From assembly GCA_963677435.1 (NCBI GenBank), contig OY781945.1, positions 960,001 to 1,024,000 of the forward strand: DNA of 64,000 nucleotides, read 5' to 3'. Made by a program: the position numbers and the translations under genes. Below, one piece after another: positions 1-14,805 of this stretch. Within the stretch, counting starts at the first letter, position 1. The number at the start of each line of letters is the position of its first letter. This stretch comes from an uncultured Aliarcobacter sp. (lineage in GTDB: Bacteria > Campylobacterota > Campylobacteria > Campylobacterales > Arcobacteraceae). Under the pieces are notes generated by a model. The model was not told where the DNA came from. It did not search any database and was given only the letters and a program-made list of their open reading frames with translations.

Positions 1-2
1 TA

Positions 3-722
3 AGCGAGTTCTCAAATATAAGATCAAATGGTGTAAGAGCTATTGTTCTTGATGATTTAGATGAAATTGTAACAGCAAAAATTGCAGATGTTGAAACTCA
101 ATATCTAATGATTTTCACAAGTATGGGACAATGTATTAGATTCGAAATTGAAAAAACAAGAGATCAAGGAAGAAGTACAAGAGGAGTTAGAGGTATCAAG
201 TTTAAACATGATATTGACTTCGTTGTAGATGCTGATGTTGTAAGTAATGAAGAGCAAGAACTTTTAACTGTATCTGAAAAAGGTATTGGAAAAAGAACAA
301 CAGTAAGTGAATATAGACTTACAAATAGAGCAGGTTCAGGTGTTATTTCTATGAAATTATCTCCAAAAACAGGAAATGTAATTGGTGAAGTTTTAGTTGA
401 TGATACACAAGATTTAATGTTATTAACTTCAATTGGAAAAATGATTAGAGTTGATATGCAATCAATTAGAAAAGCTGGAAGAAATACAGCTGGTGTAATT
501 ATTGTAAATGTAGATAAAAATGATAAAGTTGTTTCTATTGCTAAATGTCCAAAAGAGGATGAAGAGATAGAACTAGATGAAAATGGTAATATTATTAGGT
601 ATACAGAAGATGGTGAAATTTTAGAATCAATTCCATTTGATCATGATTCACATAAAACACCAACTTTATTAGATGTTATAGATGGTGATGAAGATAATTT
701 AGAAAAAGGTGAGGAAGAGTAG
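3..722 (+). CDS. gyrA: DNA gyrase subunit A, C-terminal part (5'-truncated by window edge)
   Basis: Frame is open from position 3; beta-pinwheel repeats (GRSTRGVRGI, NRAGSGV, GRNTAGV) and an acidic tail. Confidence 0.95.
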   Translation, partial: SEFSNIRSNGVRAIVLDDLDEIVTAKIADVETQYLMIFTSMGQCIRFEIEKTRDQGRSTRGVRGIKFKHDIDFVVDADVVSNEEQELLTVSEKGIGKRTTVSEYRLTNRAGSGVISMKLSPKTGNVIGEVLVDDTQDLMLLTSIGKMIRVDMQSIRKAGRNTAGVIIVNVDKNDKVVSIAKCPKEDEEIELDENGNIIRYTEDGEILESIPFDHDSHKTPTLLDVIDGDEDNLEKGEEE

Positions 723-726
723 AAAG

Positions 727-1764
727 ATGAGAAAGTTTAATGTTGCAGTTGTTGGAGCTACTGGTGCAGTTGGTGAAGAATTATTCAGAGTTTTAGAAGA
801 GTATGATTTTCCTATTAATAAATTAATTCCATTAGCTAGTTCAAGAAGTGCTGGTTCAAAAGTAGAATATAAAAATAAAGAGATTACAGTTTTAGAGTTA
901 ACTGAAACTTGTTTTGAAGAAAATGATATTGAAATTGCATTTTTTAGTGCAGGTGGAAGTGTTTCAGAAAAATTTGCAAAATTTGCAGTAGAAGCAGGGG
1001 CAGTGGTAATTGATAATACAAGTCACTTTAGAATGGATCCAACAGTTCCTTTGGTTGTACCTGAAGTAAATCCAGAAGATATAGCGTTATGGAGAGAATC
1101 AGGAATCATTGCAAATCCAAATTGTTCAACTATTCAAATGGTTTTATCATTAAAACCACTTGATGAATTATATGGAATTAAAAGAGTTGATGTATCAACT
1201 TATCAAGCAGTTTCTGGTGCTGGTAAAACGGGGATGGAAGAACTTGTAAAACAAATGCAAGCATTTTTCACATTCAAATTAGATGAAGCAGAAGTTAAAG
1301 CTTTCCCTCATCAAATTGCTTTAAATGTAATTCCACAAATTGATATAGCTCAAGATAATGGTTTCACAAAAGAAGAGATGAAAATGGTTAAAGAGACTCA
1401 AAAAATTATGCACAAAGAGATGCAAATTGCAGCTACTTGTGTAAGAGTTCCAGTTTTAAGATCTCATAGTGAATCAATTACAGTTACTTTTGCAGATAAT
1501 GTGGATGTTGATTTAGATAAAGTTAAAGAGGTATTAAACAACTTTGAAAATGTAGAAGTTATTGATGATTTAGCAAATAAAAAATATCCAATGCCAATCA
1601 TTTCAACAGATACAGATATTACATATGTTGGAAGAATTAGAAAAGATATTTATGCTTCAAATATGATTCATTACTTCAATGTTGCAGACCAAGTAAGAGT
1701 TGGAGCTGCTACAAATGCAGTTAGAATTGCTCTTAAATGGGCTGATATGGAAAATGACATCTAA
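727..1764 (+). CDS. asd: Aspartate-semialdehyde dehydrogenase
   Basis: VVGATGAVG, NPNCSTIQ, STYQAVSGAG, GAATNAV motifs; ATG at 727 preferred over the alternative start at 709. Confidence 0.97.
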   Translation: MRKFNVAVVGATGAVGEELFRVLEEYDFPINKLIPLASSRSAGSKVEYKNKEITVLELTETCFEENDIEIAFFSAGGSVSEKFAKFAVEAGAVVIDNTSHFRMDPTVPLVVPEVNPEDIALWRESGIIANPNCSTIQMVLSLKPLDELYGIKRVDVSTYQAVSGAGKTGMEELVKQMQAFFTFKLDEAEVKAFPHQIALNVIPQIDIAQDNGFTKEEMKMVKETQKIMHKEMQIAATCVRVPVLRSHSESITVTFADNVDVDLDKVKEVLNNFENVEVIDDLANKKYPMPIISTDTDITYVGRIRKDIYASNMIHYFNVADQVRVGAATNAVRIALKWADMENDI

Positions 1765-1988
1765 TATTATTAGAAAATCTTTGAAAATATAATTTATAAA
1801 TTAAACTTTTATTATAGATTCAAAGATATCTTTTTGTTTTAACTTATACTATAGACTTGTATAAAATATTATCCACAGGACTTTACTTTTTAGGTAAAGT
1901 TGGAAAACATTAAATTTTTTCTTACTTTTGAAAAAGTAAATATATAAATATTGGTCCCTTAAAAATAGGGACTATTTTAAGGATAAAA

Positions 1989-3020
1989 ATGTCAAAAATC
2001 TTTGTTGATGCATGTTTTAGAAAACCAACTCCATATACACCAGTTTGGATGATGAGACAAGCAGGAAGATACCTTCCTGAATATATGAAAGTAAGAGCTC
2101 AAGCTGGAAACTTTTTAAATCTTTGTCATAATCCTGAACTTGCTGCTGAGGTTACTATTCAACCACTTGATATTGTAGGTGTTGATGCTGCAATTTTATT
2201 TTCAGATATTTTAGTAGTTCCAAATGAAATGGGAATGCACCTTGATTTTATTAAAGGTGAAGGTCCAATTTTTAAAGACCCAATAGTAAATGAAGTTGAT
2301 GTTGACGCTCTTTTAGGTGGAGAAGATGCTGCTGATAAATTAACTTATGTTTACGAAACAATTAAAATTTTAAAACAAAGATTGCCAGAAGATAAGGCAC
2401 TTATTGGTTTCACAGGTGCTCCTTGGACATTAGCAACATATATGATTGAAGGTCAAGGAACAAAAACATATAATCTTTGTAAAAAAATGATGTATTCAAA
2501 TCCTGAACTGTTACATAAGATATTAAAAAAAGTAACTGAAGTTGTAAAATTTTATATGGAAAAACAAATTCAATCAGGTATTGATGTTGTTCAAATCTTT
2601 GATTCTTGGGCATCTGCAATTGAACCTGCAATGTATGATGAATTTTCATGGAAATATATGGTTGAGATTTCGGAATATTTAAAAGAAAAATATCCCCATA
2701 TTCCAGTAATTATGTTCCCAAAAGGAATTCCAGCATTTTTAGATAAAGTTTATGGAAACTTTGATGTGTTTGGTGTTGATTGGGGAACTCCTATGGCTCT
2801 TGCAAAAGAGAAACTAGGAAGTAAGTATGTACTTCAAGGAAATATGGAACCTTGTAGATTATATTCAAAAGAGCAAACAACAATATGTGTTGAAGCTTTA
2901 CAAAATATAATGCAAGGTGAAGGTCACATCTTTAATCTTGGACATGGAATATTACCAGATGTTCCAGTTGAAAATGCAATTCACTTTGTAAAAGAGTGTC
3001 AAAGAGTAAGTAAAAAATAA
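1989..3020 (+). CDS. hemE: Uroporphyrinogen decarboxylase
   Basis: [31 protein letters not shown] motifs; AAGGA RBS. Confidence 0.97.
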   Translation: MSKIFVDACFRKPTPYTPVWMMRQAGRYLPEYMKVRAQAGNFLNLCHNPELAAEVTIQPLDIVGVDAAILFSDILVVPNEMGMHLDFIKGEGPIFKDPIVNEVDVDALLGGEDAADKLTYVYETIKILKQRLPEDKALIGFTGAPWTLATYMIEGQGTKTYNLCKKMMYSNPELLHKILKKVTEVVKFYMEKQIQSGIDVVQIFDSWASAIEPAMYDEFSWKYMVEISEYLKEKYPHIPVIMFPKGIPAFLDKVYGNFDVFGVDWGTPMALAKEKLGSKYVLQGNMEPCRLYSKEQTTICVEALQNIMQGEGHIFNLGHGILPDVPVENAIHFVKECQRVSKK

Positions 3021-3075
3021 CTAATCCAAAATAAGTGAGAATTTTCTCACTTATTACTATCAGAAAGAAAAAATC

Positions 3076-3999
3076 ATGTCATATTCAAATTCTATTATTT
3101 TTGGACCAATTCCCTCACGAAGATTTGGTATATCTTTAGGTGTTGATTTATCACCAGGAAAAAAACAGTGTAATTTTGATTGTTTATATTGTGAATTAGA
3201 AGGCGCTAAAACAGTTGATAAAATGGATGAATATCCAAGTGTTGAAAATATTATTAACGAAATTAAAAATAGTTTTGAAACACATCCTAAAATAGATCTT
3301 ATAACACTAACAGCAAATGGTGAACCAACTTTATATCCCAAATTAGATGAATTGATAAATGAAATCAATAAAATCAAAGCAAATACAAAAACTCTGATTT
3401 TATCAAATGGAAGTACAATATATAAAAAAGAGATTTATGATGCTCTTTTAAAAATCGATATTGTAAAACTATCACTTGATTGTATAAGTGAAAAATGTTT
3501 CAAAAAACTTGATAGAGTAAACAGTAGTGTTGAAACACAAAAAATTGTTCCAGCGATGATAGATTTTTCAAAACAAACAAAAAATGATTTAGTACTAGAG
3601 ATTTTATTTGTAAAAGATTTAAATGACAAAATAGAAGAGATAGCCCTGCTTAATGAAGCGATAAATCAAATTAAGCCTAAAAGAGTAGATATAGGTACAA
3701 TCGACAGACCACCAGCTTATGAGGTGAAACCTGTAACTTATGAATTCTTAGAAAAAGTTGCTAGTGAGTTTAAAAATATTAATGTAAATATTGTTTATAA
3801 AAATAGACCAAAATCTATACAAACATACTCAGAAGATGAAATAATCATGATGCTAAAAAGAAGACCATTAACGGTTGAAGATATAGAAAATATGTTTGAT
3901 AATCAATCAAAAATGACTCTAAATGACTTAATTAAAAGCAAGATAATAACTATTGTAAATAGCAGTGGAGTAGAATTTTATAAAAATTTACAGAAATAG
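3076..3999 (+). CDS. Radical SAM protein (TYW1-like Fe-S oxidoreductase family)
   Basis: FGPIPSRRFGISLG, CNFDCLYC (CxxxCxxC), GEPTLY. Confidence 0.9.
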   Translation: MSYSNSIIFGPIPSRRFGISLGVDLSPGKKQCNFDCLYCELEGAKTVDKMDEYPSVENIINEIKNSFETHPKIDLITLTANGEPTLYPKLDELINEINKIKANTKTLILSNGSTIYKKEIYDALLKIDIVKLSLDCISEKCFKKLDRVNSSVETQKIVPAMIDFSKQTKNDLVLEILFVKDLNDKIEEIALLNEAINQIKPKRVDIGTIDRPPAYEVKPVTYEFLEKVASEFKNINVNIVYKNRPKSIQTYSEDEIIMMLKRRPLTVEDIENMFDNQSKMTLNDLIKSKIITIVNSSGVEFYKNLQK

Positions 4000-4009
4000 T
4001 TTTTCTGAC

Positions 4010-4038
4010 TTGACATTAAAGTATTTTTTTACTATAAT
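4010..4038 (+). promoter_or_regulatory. Consensus sigma70 promoter of the tRNA-Asn cluster
   Basis: TTGACA (4010-4015), 17-nt spacer, TATAAT (4033-4038). Confidence 0.9.
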
Positions 4039-4065
4039 TCCAACCCATTAAAGATGAAGTCAAAA

Positions 4066-4140
4066 TCCGGCATAGCTCAGCGGTAGAGTAGATGACTGTT
4101 AATCATTTGGTCCCAGGTTCGAATCCTGGTGCCGGAGCCA
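4066..4140 (+). tRNA. tRNA-Asn (GTT), copy 1
   Basis: Cloverleaf TCCGGCA...TGCCGGAGCCA, anticodon loop CTGTTAA, GGTTCGAATCC T-arm. Confidence 0.97.
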
Positions 4141-4172
4141 TAACTTCTTTTTTAATGTTTAAATTTATAGAT

Positions 4173-4247
4173 TCCGGCATAGCTCAGCGGTAGAGTAGAT
4201 GACTGTTAATCATTTGGTCCCAGGTTCGAATCCTGGTGCCGGAGCCA
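4173..4247 (+). tRNA. tRNA-Asn (GTT), copy 2
   Basis: Identical 75-nt copy. Confidence 0.97.
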
Positions 4248-4282
4248 TTTATAAATTTTCAAAAAATAAAACCTTTTTAAGT

Positions 4283-4357
4283 TCCGGCATAGCTCAGCGG
4301 TAGAGTAGATGACTGTTAATCATTTGGTCCCAGGTTCGAATCCTGGTGCCGGAGCCA
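4283..4357 (+). tRNA. tRNA-Asn (GTT), copy 3
   Basis: Identical 75-nt copy. Confidence 0.97.
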
Positions 4358-4601
4358 CTTACCTTTTTTATCAAAATCAAAAATTAAATTACTAAAAAAA
4401 CTTTTTAAAAAATCCCGTTTCAAACTAAAAAATATGCTACTCATTACTGGACGGTAACTTCCATAATATTTTTTCAATTTTCATTGAACTATTTTTTTAG
4501 ATTTTATTGAGGAAAACTATATTGATAGTTCTAATGATGTATTTTAAAATTCTAACAGTTTTAGATATACTCATTTTAATAATTAAAATCTTGAGAGTTA
4601 T

Positions 4602-5777
4602 ATGATATATGAATATAAATTTATTGATTATACTGTTATTGGAATGCCAACTATTGAGGTATATGGAGAAAATTTTCATTATCAAAATTTATATGAATTA
4701 GTTGGAAAAAATCAATATATGACTACTTTTGATTTAAAAAATAATACCAAATCATTTGAAAATTATGGTAATTCAATAGTAGGTGTTATTTATTATGATA
4801 AAAAAAGTTTAGATAATTTAGAAATGTATTTGAATTTATCAAAAGAAATAATTGAAGATAAAATCTGCATTAAATCTCCTTCTTCTCAAAATATCTCTAT
4901 TGAAAAAAATAAAATGCTAAAGTATCAAGGAATAGATATAAGGGATATCAGTAAAATATCTTTTTTGGTTTATTTAAAAGAAATAGAAATATATGAAACA
5001 GGTGAAAAGAAAGTTCCAAATATTATAGAAATAGAAACTGATTTAAGTAATATTGACGTTGATGTTCTACTTCAAAATTACTTGATTATGAAGTACAATC
5101 GAGGTACAAAGTTAATACAGTATGAAAAAGAACAATTAATTGGAATAACTTTAGCTTTTAATGATGGAATAATTGATTCACGTATATTAAAAGAATTTGG
5201 CTTCTCAAAAGATAGTATAGAAAATAATGTAAATATGTTGAGGAGTTATTATAAAGTTAAAGCGAATCGTAATCTTTTAACAGAAATAGATAAAAAGTAT
5301 TATTTGGAAATTAAAGATATTATTTATTTAGAAAAACTTACAAAATTTATAAAAGAATTAGAGAAAGCTAAAATTGCTAAATATTCAGATCAAATTAATA
5401 ATCCAATATTTTCTGAAATATTTAGTGCTATAGAAACTTTTGATTTTTCAATTTTAATGCATAGTAAAAGGCAAATTTATTGGGATGTTGATTCATATAT
5501 TCATATTCTATTGAGACATATGAAAGATTATCAAGTTGGAATTTTTAAAGATAAAACACCATTCCCCTATAAAGAAAAAGATTTAAAATTATTGATTGAA
5601 CAAGTCTTGAGTAGTATACGAAAAGAAATTGAACATCACTTTCAGAATACAAATAAAATTTTTACAAGACATGGGAAAATGGCAGTTTTTTATAATGGAG
5701 ACCCTTATCATCTGAGGATTAATGAGGAAGGGAAATTAATTCAGTTTCATATGGTAGATAATCAAATACATATTTAA
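4602..5777 (+). CDS. Hypothetical protein; possible C-terminal nuclease/toxin-like domain
   Basis: 391-aa ORF, no family recognised; HILLRH...KTPF...GKLIQFH near the C-terminus. Confidence 0.7.
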   Translation: MIYEYKFIDYTVIGMPTIEVYGENFHYQNLYELVGKNQYMTTFDLKNNTKSFENYGNSIVGVIYYDKKSLDNLEMYLNLSKEIIEDKICIKSPSSQNISIEKNKMLKYQGIDIRDISKISFLVYLKEIEIYETGEKKVPNIIEIETDLSNIDVDVLLQNYLIMKYNRGTKLIQYEKEQLIGITLAFNDGIIDSRILKEFGFSKDSIENNVNMLRSYYKVKANRNLLTEIDKKYYLEIKDIIYLEKLTKFIKELEKAKIAKYSDQINNPIFSEIFSAIETFDFSILMHSKRQIYWDVDSYIHILLRHMKDYQVGIFKDKTPFPYKEKDLKLLIEQVLSSIRKEIEHHFQNTNKIFTRHGKMAVFYNGDPYHLRINEEGKLIQFHMVDNQIHI

Positions 5778-5930
5778 TCAATTATTCCTAGTTTTATTCT
5801 TTTGCCAAACTGAAAATAAGAATTGTATTTTGTCTGATAGACTAGTTTTATTTTATGAAGATGGAAAAGAAGTCTTTTTTAGTTGGAATTTTACAAAGAC
5901 TATTATTAAATAGTCTTTGATATTAATGTG

Positions 5931-8198
5931 TTATTTCAACTTCTCAGCCACAAGTTCATTAACAACTTGTGGATTAGCTTTTCCACCAGTAGCCTTTAAA
6001 ACTTGTCCTACAAAAAAGCCTAACAGTTTTGTATTGCCTGCTTTGAATTTTTCTACATTGTCTGGGTTTTTTGAAATGATTTCATCAATAATAGGTAAAA
6101 TAATGCTTGGGTCACTTATTTGAACTAAACCTTTATCTTCAACAATTTTTGAAGGATTTACTCCTGTTTGACTCATCTCTTCAAATATTTGTTTTGCAAT
6201 TTTATTTGAAATGATTTCATCATCTACCATTTTGATAAGTTCAGCTATTTGAGATGCAGTAAATTTTAGCTCGTTTGCTTGTTTTTCTTTTAGCTCTTTT
6301 GCAACTTCATTTGCTACAATATTTGCAATTGAAATAGGGCTATTAAGATTTGCTAATGCTTCTTCATAAAATGATGAAAGTTTTACATCCCTTGCAAGAA
6401 TATTTGCCACTTCACTATTTAGATTAAGTTCATTTGTATACTTATCAAATAATCCTTTTTGCTCTTCACTCATAGGTGTAACTTCACCAATAATTTGTAA
6501 ATTTTTAGTCTCTTGTTTAGGTGTTACTTCAGTTTTAGCTATATTTTCAACTACTTTTGTTTTTTTAGCCCAAGAGTCTTTTAATCCTACGATTTTATTA
6601 AATACTGGTTTTTCATCTGTATAATCAATTGGGTCTGCATAAAAATACCCTTGTCTTTCAAATTGGAATCTAACATCTGCTTTGTCAGTAATAACAGCTG
6701 GCTCAACAAGTGCATTTTTAATAATATGTAATGAATCAGGGTTTAAATCTTCTAGTCCATCAGGAGCTTCGCAAGAATATAATCTATCATATAGTCTTAC
6801 TTCGATTTCTTTTGCTTGAGCTGCATCAACCCATTGGATTGCACTTTTAACTTTTATTCCACTTGTATCTGAACCACTTTTTGAAGTAGGGTTATATTCT
6901 GCTTTTATCTCAACAATATTTCCATTTGCATCTTTTATTATCTCTTTACAAGTGATGATATATGCATGTCTTAAACGCACTGGTTGTTCAAGTGTTAGAC
7001 GATTGTAATCTTTTGGAGGATTTTTTTCAAAATCTTCTCTTTCAATGTAAATTACTTTTGAAAAAGGTATTTTTCTTGAACCCTCTTTGGGAACATCATG
7101 AGGATAATATGAAGCTTCAATCTCTTCACTTCCTTCATAATTTTCAATAGTTACTTTAAGTGGCTCAAGTACACACATAACTCTTGGAACTTTTGTATTT
7201 AAATCATCTCTGATACAAAATTCAAGTTGAGAAACATCAACCATCGAGTTTGCTTTTGCAATTCCAATTTGGTCACAGAAGTTTAAAATAGATTCAGGAG
7301 TATAACCTCTTCTTTTATATCCTGCAATTGTTGGAAGTCGTGGATCGTCCCAACCATTTACATAGTTACCGTTTACAAGTTCTAAAAGTTTTCTTTTACT
7401 CATAACCGTATAGTTTATACCTAATCTTGCAAATTCGTGTTGATAAGGTCTTGGAGGAACAAGATTTAGTGTATCTAATACCCAATCATAAATATCTCTA
7501 TTATTTTCAAATTCTAGTGTACAAATAGAGTGAGAAACTCCCTCAATATAATCAGATAAACAATGAGCAAAGTCATACATAGGATAAATACACCATTCAT
7601 CACCTGTTCTAAAATGGTGTGCATGTCTAATTCTATATAAAAGAGGATCTCTCATTTTCATATTCGCTGCACTCATATCTATTTTAGCTCTTAGAATATG
7701 TTCACCTTCTTTGAATTCACCTTTTTTCATTCGCTCAAGTAAATTAAGGTTTTCTTCAATAGAACGCTGGGCATAAATACTTCTACGACCAGCTTCATTT
7801 ATAGTTCCTCTGTATTCTCTTATCTCTTCTTCATTAAGACTATCAACATAAGCTTTACCCATTTTAACAAGTTCAACAGCATAATCATATATTTTAGGAA
7901 AATAATCAGAAGTGAAATATACATTGTCATTCCAGTCAAAGCCAAGCCATTTTACAGCATCTTTAAGAGCTTCAACATATTTTGTATCTTCAGTAGTTGG
8001 ATTAGTATCATCCATTCTAAGATTACAATAACCACTATAATCACGAGCAATACCAAAATTTATGCAGATCGATTTTGCATGTCCTATGTGTGGGAATCCA
8101 TTTGGTTCTGGAGGAAATCTTGTAATAACTTCTTTATATTTGCCAGACTTTAAGTCCTCGTCAACTGTTGTACGTAAAAAATCTTTGTGCTCACTCAT
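5931..8198 (-). CDS. glnS: Glutamine--tRNA ligase fused to a GatB/YqeY C-terminal domain
   Basis: TRFPPEPNGFPHIGH, MSKR, SICTLEF, QFERQGYF; C-terminal LLGFFVGQVLKATGGKANP; start taken at MSEHK (8198). Confidence 0.95.
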   Translation of the reverse strand: MSEHKDFLRTTVDEDLKSGKYKEVITRFPPEPNGFPHIGHAKSICINFGIARDYSGYCNLRMDDTNPTTEDTKYVEALKDAVKWLGFDWNDNVYFTSDYFPKIYDYAVELVKMGKAYVDSLNEEEIREYRGTINEAGRRSIYAQRSIEENLNLLERMKKGEFKEGEHILRAKIDMSAANMKMRDPLLYRIRHAHHFRTGDEWCIYPMYDFAHCLSDYIEGVSHSICTLEFENNRDIYDWVLDTLNLVPPRPYQHEFARLGINYTVMSKRKLLELVNGNYVNGWDDPRLPTIAGYKRRGYTPESILNFCDQIGIAKANSMVDVSQLEFCIRDDLNTKVPRVMCVLEPLKVTIENYEGSEEIEASYYPHDVPKEGSRKIPFSKVIYIEREDFEKNPPKDYNRLTLEQPVRLRHAYIITCKEIIKDANGNIVEIKAEYNPTSKSGSDTSGIKVKSAIQWVDAAQAKEIEVRLYDRLYSCEAPDGLEDLNPDSLHIIKNALVEPAVITDKADVRFQFERQGYFYADPIDYTDEKPVFNKIVGLKDSWAKKTKVVENIAKTEVTPKQETKNLQIIGEVTPMSEEQKGLFDKYTNELNLNSEVANILARDVKLSSFYEEALANLNSPISIANIVANEVAKELKEKQANELKFTASQIAELIKMVDDEIISNKIAKQIFEEMSQTGVNPSKIVEDKGLVQISDPSIILPIIDEIISKNPDNVEKFKAGNTKLLGFFVGQVLKATGGKANPQVVNELVAEKLK

Positions 8199-8456
8199 TA
8201 TTATTAAACCTTTGATTGTGAAACTATTATTAGACTTGTATTTTATCAAATAAGTGCTTTAAGTTTAAAGACTCTTTATATGTAGTTAAATATAGTATAG
8301 AGTCATTAATGCATCTATCTTAAACAAAATAATAATAAAAAACCAGAAAAAGATAATAAGTAACAATATGTGATTGCAAAAACACAATATAAGTATAGTA
8401 AAAAAGAAAGAATAGGATAAAAAGAGTATAAATTTAGAAATTTAGGAGAAAAGCTC

Positions 8457-8485
8457 TTGACAAAGAGGAAAGAATCTATTATAAT
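8457..8485 (+). promoter_or_regulatory. Consensus sigma70 promoter of the rRNA operon
   Basis: TTGACA (8457-8462), 17-nt spacer, TATAAT (8480-8485). Confidence 0.9.
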
Positions 8486-8776
8486 TCCCGTCCAATTTGA
8501 CTGAAGCGCATCAAACGAAAGAATGATAGGAAGCGTTGAAATCGAAGGTGGATGATCTTTAAAAATAATTATAACGTTTGTAAAGTAATCTTTATAAACC
8601 GAATATGAGACTCTTATAAAAATCTGTTATTTATTACAGATGTAAAATAAGAATAAATGTTAAAAATATAAAAACAAACAAGAACAATATGGTAAAACAT
8701 ATAACTTGTCTATACTATGAGTGATAATTTTGTAATAGTAAAATAATACAGAATAAGTCAAGTTCAAAAACTTCAA

Positions 8777-10293
<1,517 letters not shown>

Positions 10294-10389
10294 CAGAGAA
10301 TTGAGACTAGATTCGTTTCTAGTTTCAAAACTAAAAAGAAAGAGTTTTTATATTCGGTTTATAAAGATTATTTAAATAGGTAGAAAAAT

Positions 10390-10466
10390 GGGCCTATAGC
10401 TCAGCTGGCTAGAGCGCTCGACTGATAATCGTGAGGTCCCAGGTTCAAGTCCTGGTAGGCCCACCA
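10390..10466 (+). tRNA. tRNA-Ile (GAT)
   Basis: GGGCCTA...TAGGCCCACCA, loop CTGATAA, located in the ITS. Confidence 0.97.
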
Positions 10467-10533
10467 TTAAATAATCTATAAAGATTAATCATCGGGTCCT
10501 AAAAAAATGCAATTTTTTTGGGTAGATCAGTGT

Positions 10534-10609
10534 GGGGAATTAGCTCAGCTGGGAGAGCGCCTGCTTTGCACGCAGGAGGTCAGCGGTTCGATCCCGCTAT
10601 TCTCCACCA
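10534..10609 (+). tRNA. tRNA-Ala (TGC)
   Basis: GGGGAAT...ATTCTCCACCA, loop TTTGCAC, located in the ITS. Confidence 0.97.
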
Positions 10610-10956
10610 CCTATTAAAAATAAGCTAAAATTTATAATTAGAAGAAATGATAAACAAGATTAAATATAAGTTCAAAAAGAATTGAATTTATATTTGATTT
10701 TCGAATCAAAATGATATTTAAAAATATAATGTTAAAGTCTTTAATTTTTTCGTTTAATTAAAAGAACTAAAAGAATTTATTCTAATAGAACTAATAATTA
10801 AAAACAAAAATTTTAATTATCTAGAAATAGATAGAACACAACTTTTTTATAAGATATATAGAGTTAGTTAATTAGATTTAATTAATAAAGTATGTTTAAT
10901 AAGATAGTAGCCAAAGAATATTATCAAAAATGCGACAGAATTTAATTCTGTTTATT

Positions 10957-13865
<2,909 letters not shown>

Positions 13866-14043
13866 TTAACAAATTCTTTGGTTTACTATCTTATTAAATA
13901 TATTGATTATATGTTTAATATAAATGTGTGATTTTTAGAAAGAACAAAAAGACTTTAACATTATTTTTTTCTTAACTCCTAAACGAGTTGAGTGTAAAGT
14001 GTATTTACATATTTATTTATGTTTTTACTTTTTACACTCAACT

Positions 14044-14161
14044 TTGCTGGTGGCTATAGAGAAGTGGAAATACCCAGTCCCATTCCGAACCTGGAAGTCA
14101 AGCACTTCATCGCCGATAATACTGCCGGGTCCCCTGGTGGAAACGTAGGCCGCTGCCAGCT
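14044..14161 (+). rRNA. rrf: 5S rRNA
   Basis: GCTGGTGGC...GCTGCCAGC terminal helix, CCCATTCCGAAC; ends approximate. Confidence 0.95.
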
Positions 14162-14178
14162 CTTGAGTTTTTTACACA

Positions 14179-14229
14179 AGCTTTTAACTATTCGAACTTC
14201 TTGTTCCTCTAGTTAAAAGCTTTTTTTTT
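14179..14229 (+). terminator. Probable rRNA operon terminator
   Basis: AGCTTTTAACTA...TAGTTAAAAGCT inverted repeat followed by a T run. Confidence 0.75.
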
Positions 14230-14366
14230 AGCCCGCTTTTTAGCCAAAATATGTTTTACTTATTGCATTTGTATTTAGTTTCTTTTTCTGGCTATAATTG
14301 ATTTACTTGGCTTTTATCCTTTTATATTAACTATATCTCTTAGTTAGCCAATACATTATTCTTTTT

Positions 14367-14442
14367 GCTTGCATAGCTCCAACGGTAGAGCAATTCCATG
14401 GTAAGGAAGAGGTTACAGGTTCGATTCCTGTTGTGAGCTCCA
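14367..14442 (+). tRNA. tRNA-Thr (GGT), atypical
   Basis: GCTTGCA/TGTGAGC acceptor stem, GCTC/GAGC D-stem, loop ATGGTAA, GGTTCGATTCC, encoded CCA. Confidence 0.85.
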
Positions 14443-14603
14443 CGTCTTTGTTCTTTTATATCTTTATTCACTTTAATCTTATTTTTCCTCTTTTTTACAG
14501 TAATTTTAGTACTTTTCAAATTATTTTTTATTTTGTTTTTGTATGCAATTTATTTGTAATTAAATCGATTTATAATATCAGACTTATTATAACAAGGAAA
14601 AAA

Positions 14604-14759
14604 ATGGAAAGTGTTTTAAATTATATTCATGACAAAATAGATAGTTATGAAGTTTATATTATTAAAGATGAATTTGATGATAGAAAATCTTATATTATGG
14701 AAAATGGTTTTATTTTAGGGGTTCAAATTAATACTGGTAGTATGTTTAAATCGAATTAA
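14604..14759 (+). CDS. Small hypothetical protein (51 aa)
   Basis: AAGGA RBS before ATG 14604 and TATAAT at 14571; corresponds to the 3' half of track ORF 14433-14759. Confidence 0.55.
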   Translation: MESVLNYIHDKIDSYEVYIIKDEFDDRKSYIMENGFILGVQINTGSMFKSN

Positions 14760-14805
14760 TAAAAAAAGGAAGATATTTTATCTCCCTATTTTTTTAATCT
14801 TTTTT

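Noticed and set aside
553..722. Long acidic C-terminal tail of GyrA
   Set aside because: Acidic GyrA tails are a known, variable feature
1765..1860. Possible eroded gene start (frameshifted LE.IFEN-like) after asd
   Set aside because: Too short and degenerate to support a pseudogene call without an alignment
1869..1877. Perfect DnaA box TTATCCACA upstream of hemE
   Set aside because: Single box with no cluster or dnaA context; may occur by chance
4066..4357. Three identical 75-nt repeats with 32-35-nt spacers, superficially CRISPR-like
   Set aside because: Each repeat is a complete tRNA-Asn cloverleaf ending in CCA; no cas genes are present
4358..4600. Possible att site or integrase remnant after tRNA-Asn
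   Set aside because: No duplicated tRNA 3' end downstream and no integrase fragment recognised
5856..5930. Short open frames between the orphan gene and glnS
   Set aside because: No RBS, under 20 aa, no recognisable similarity
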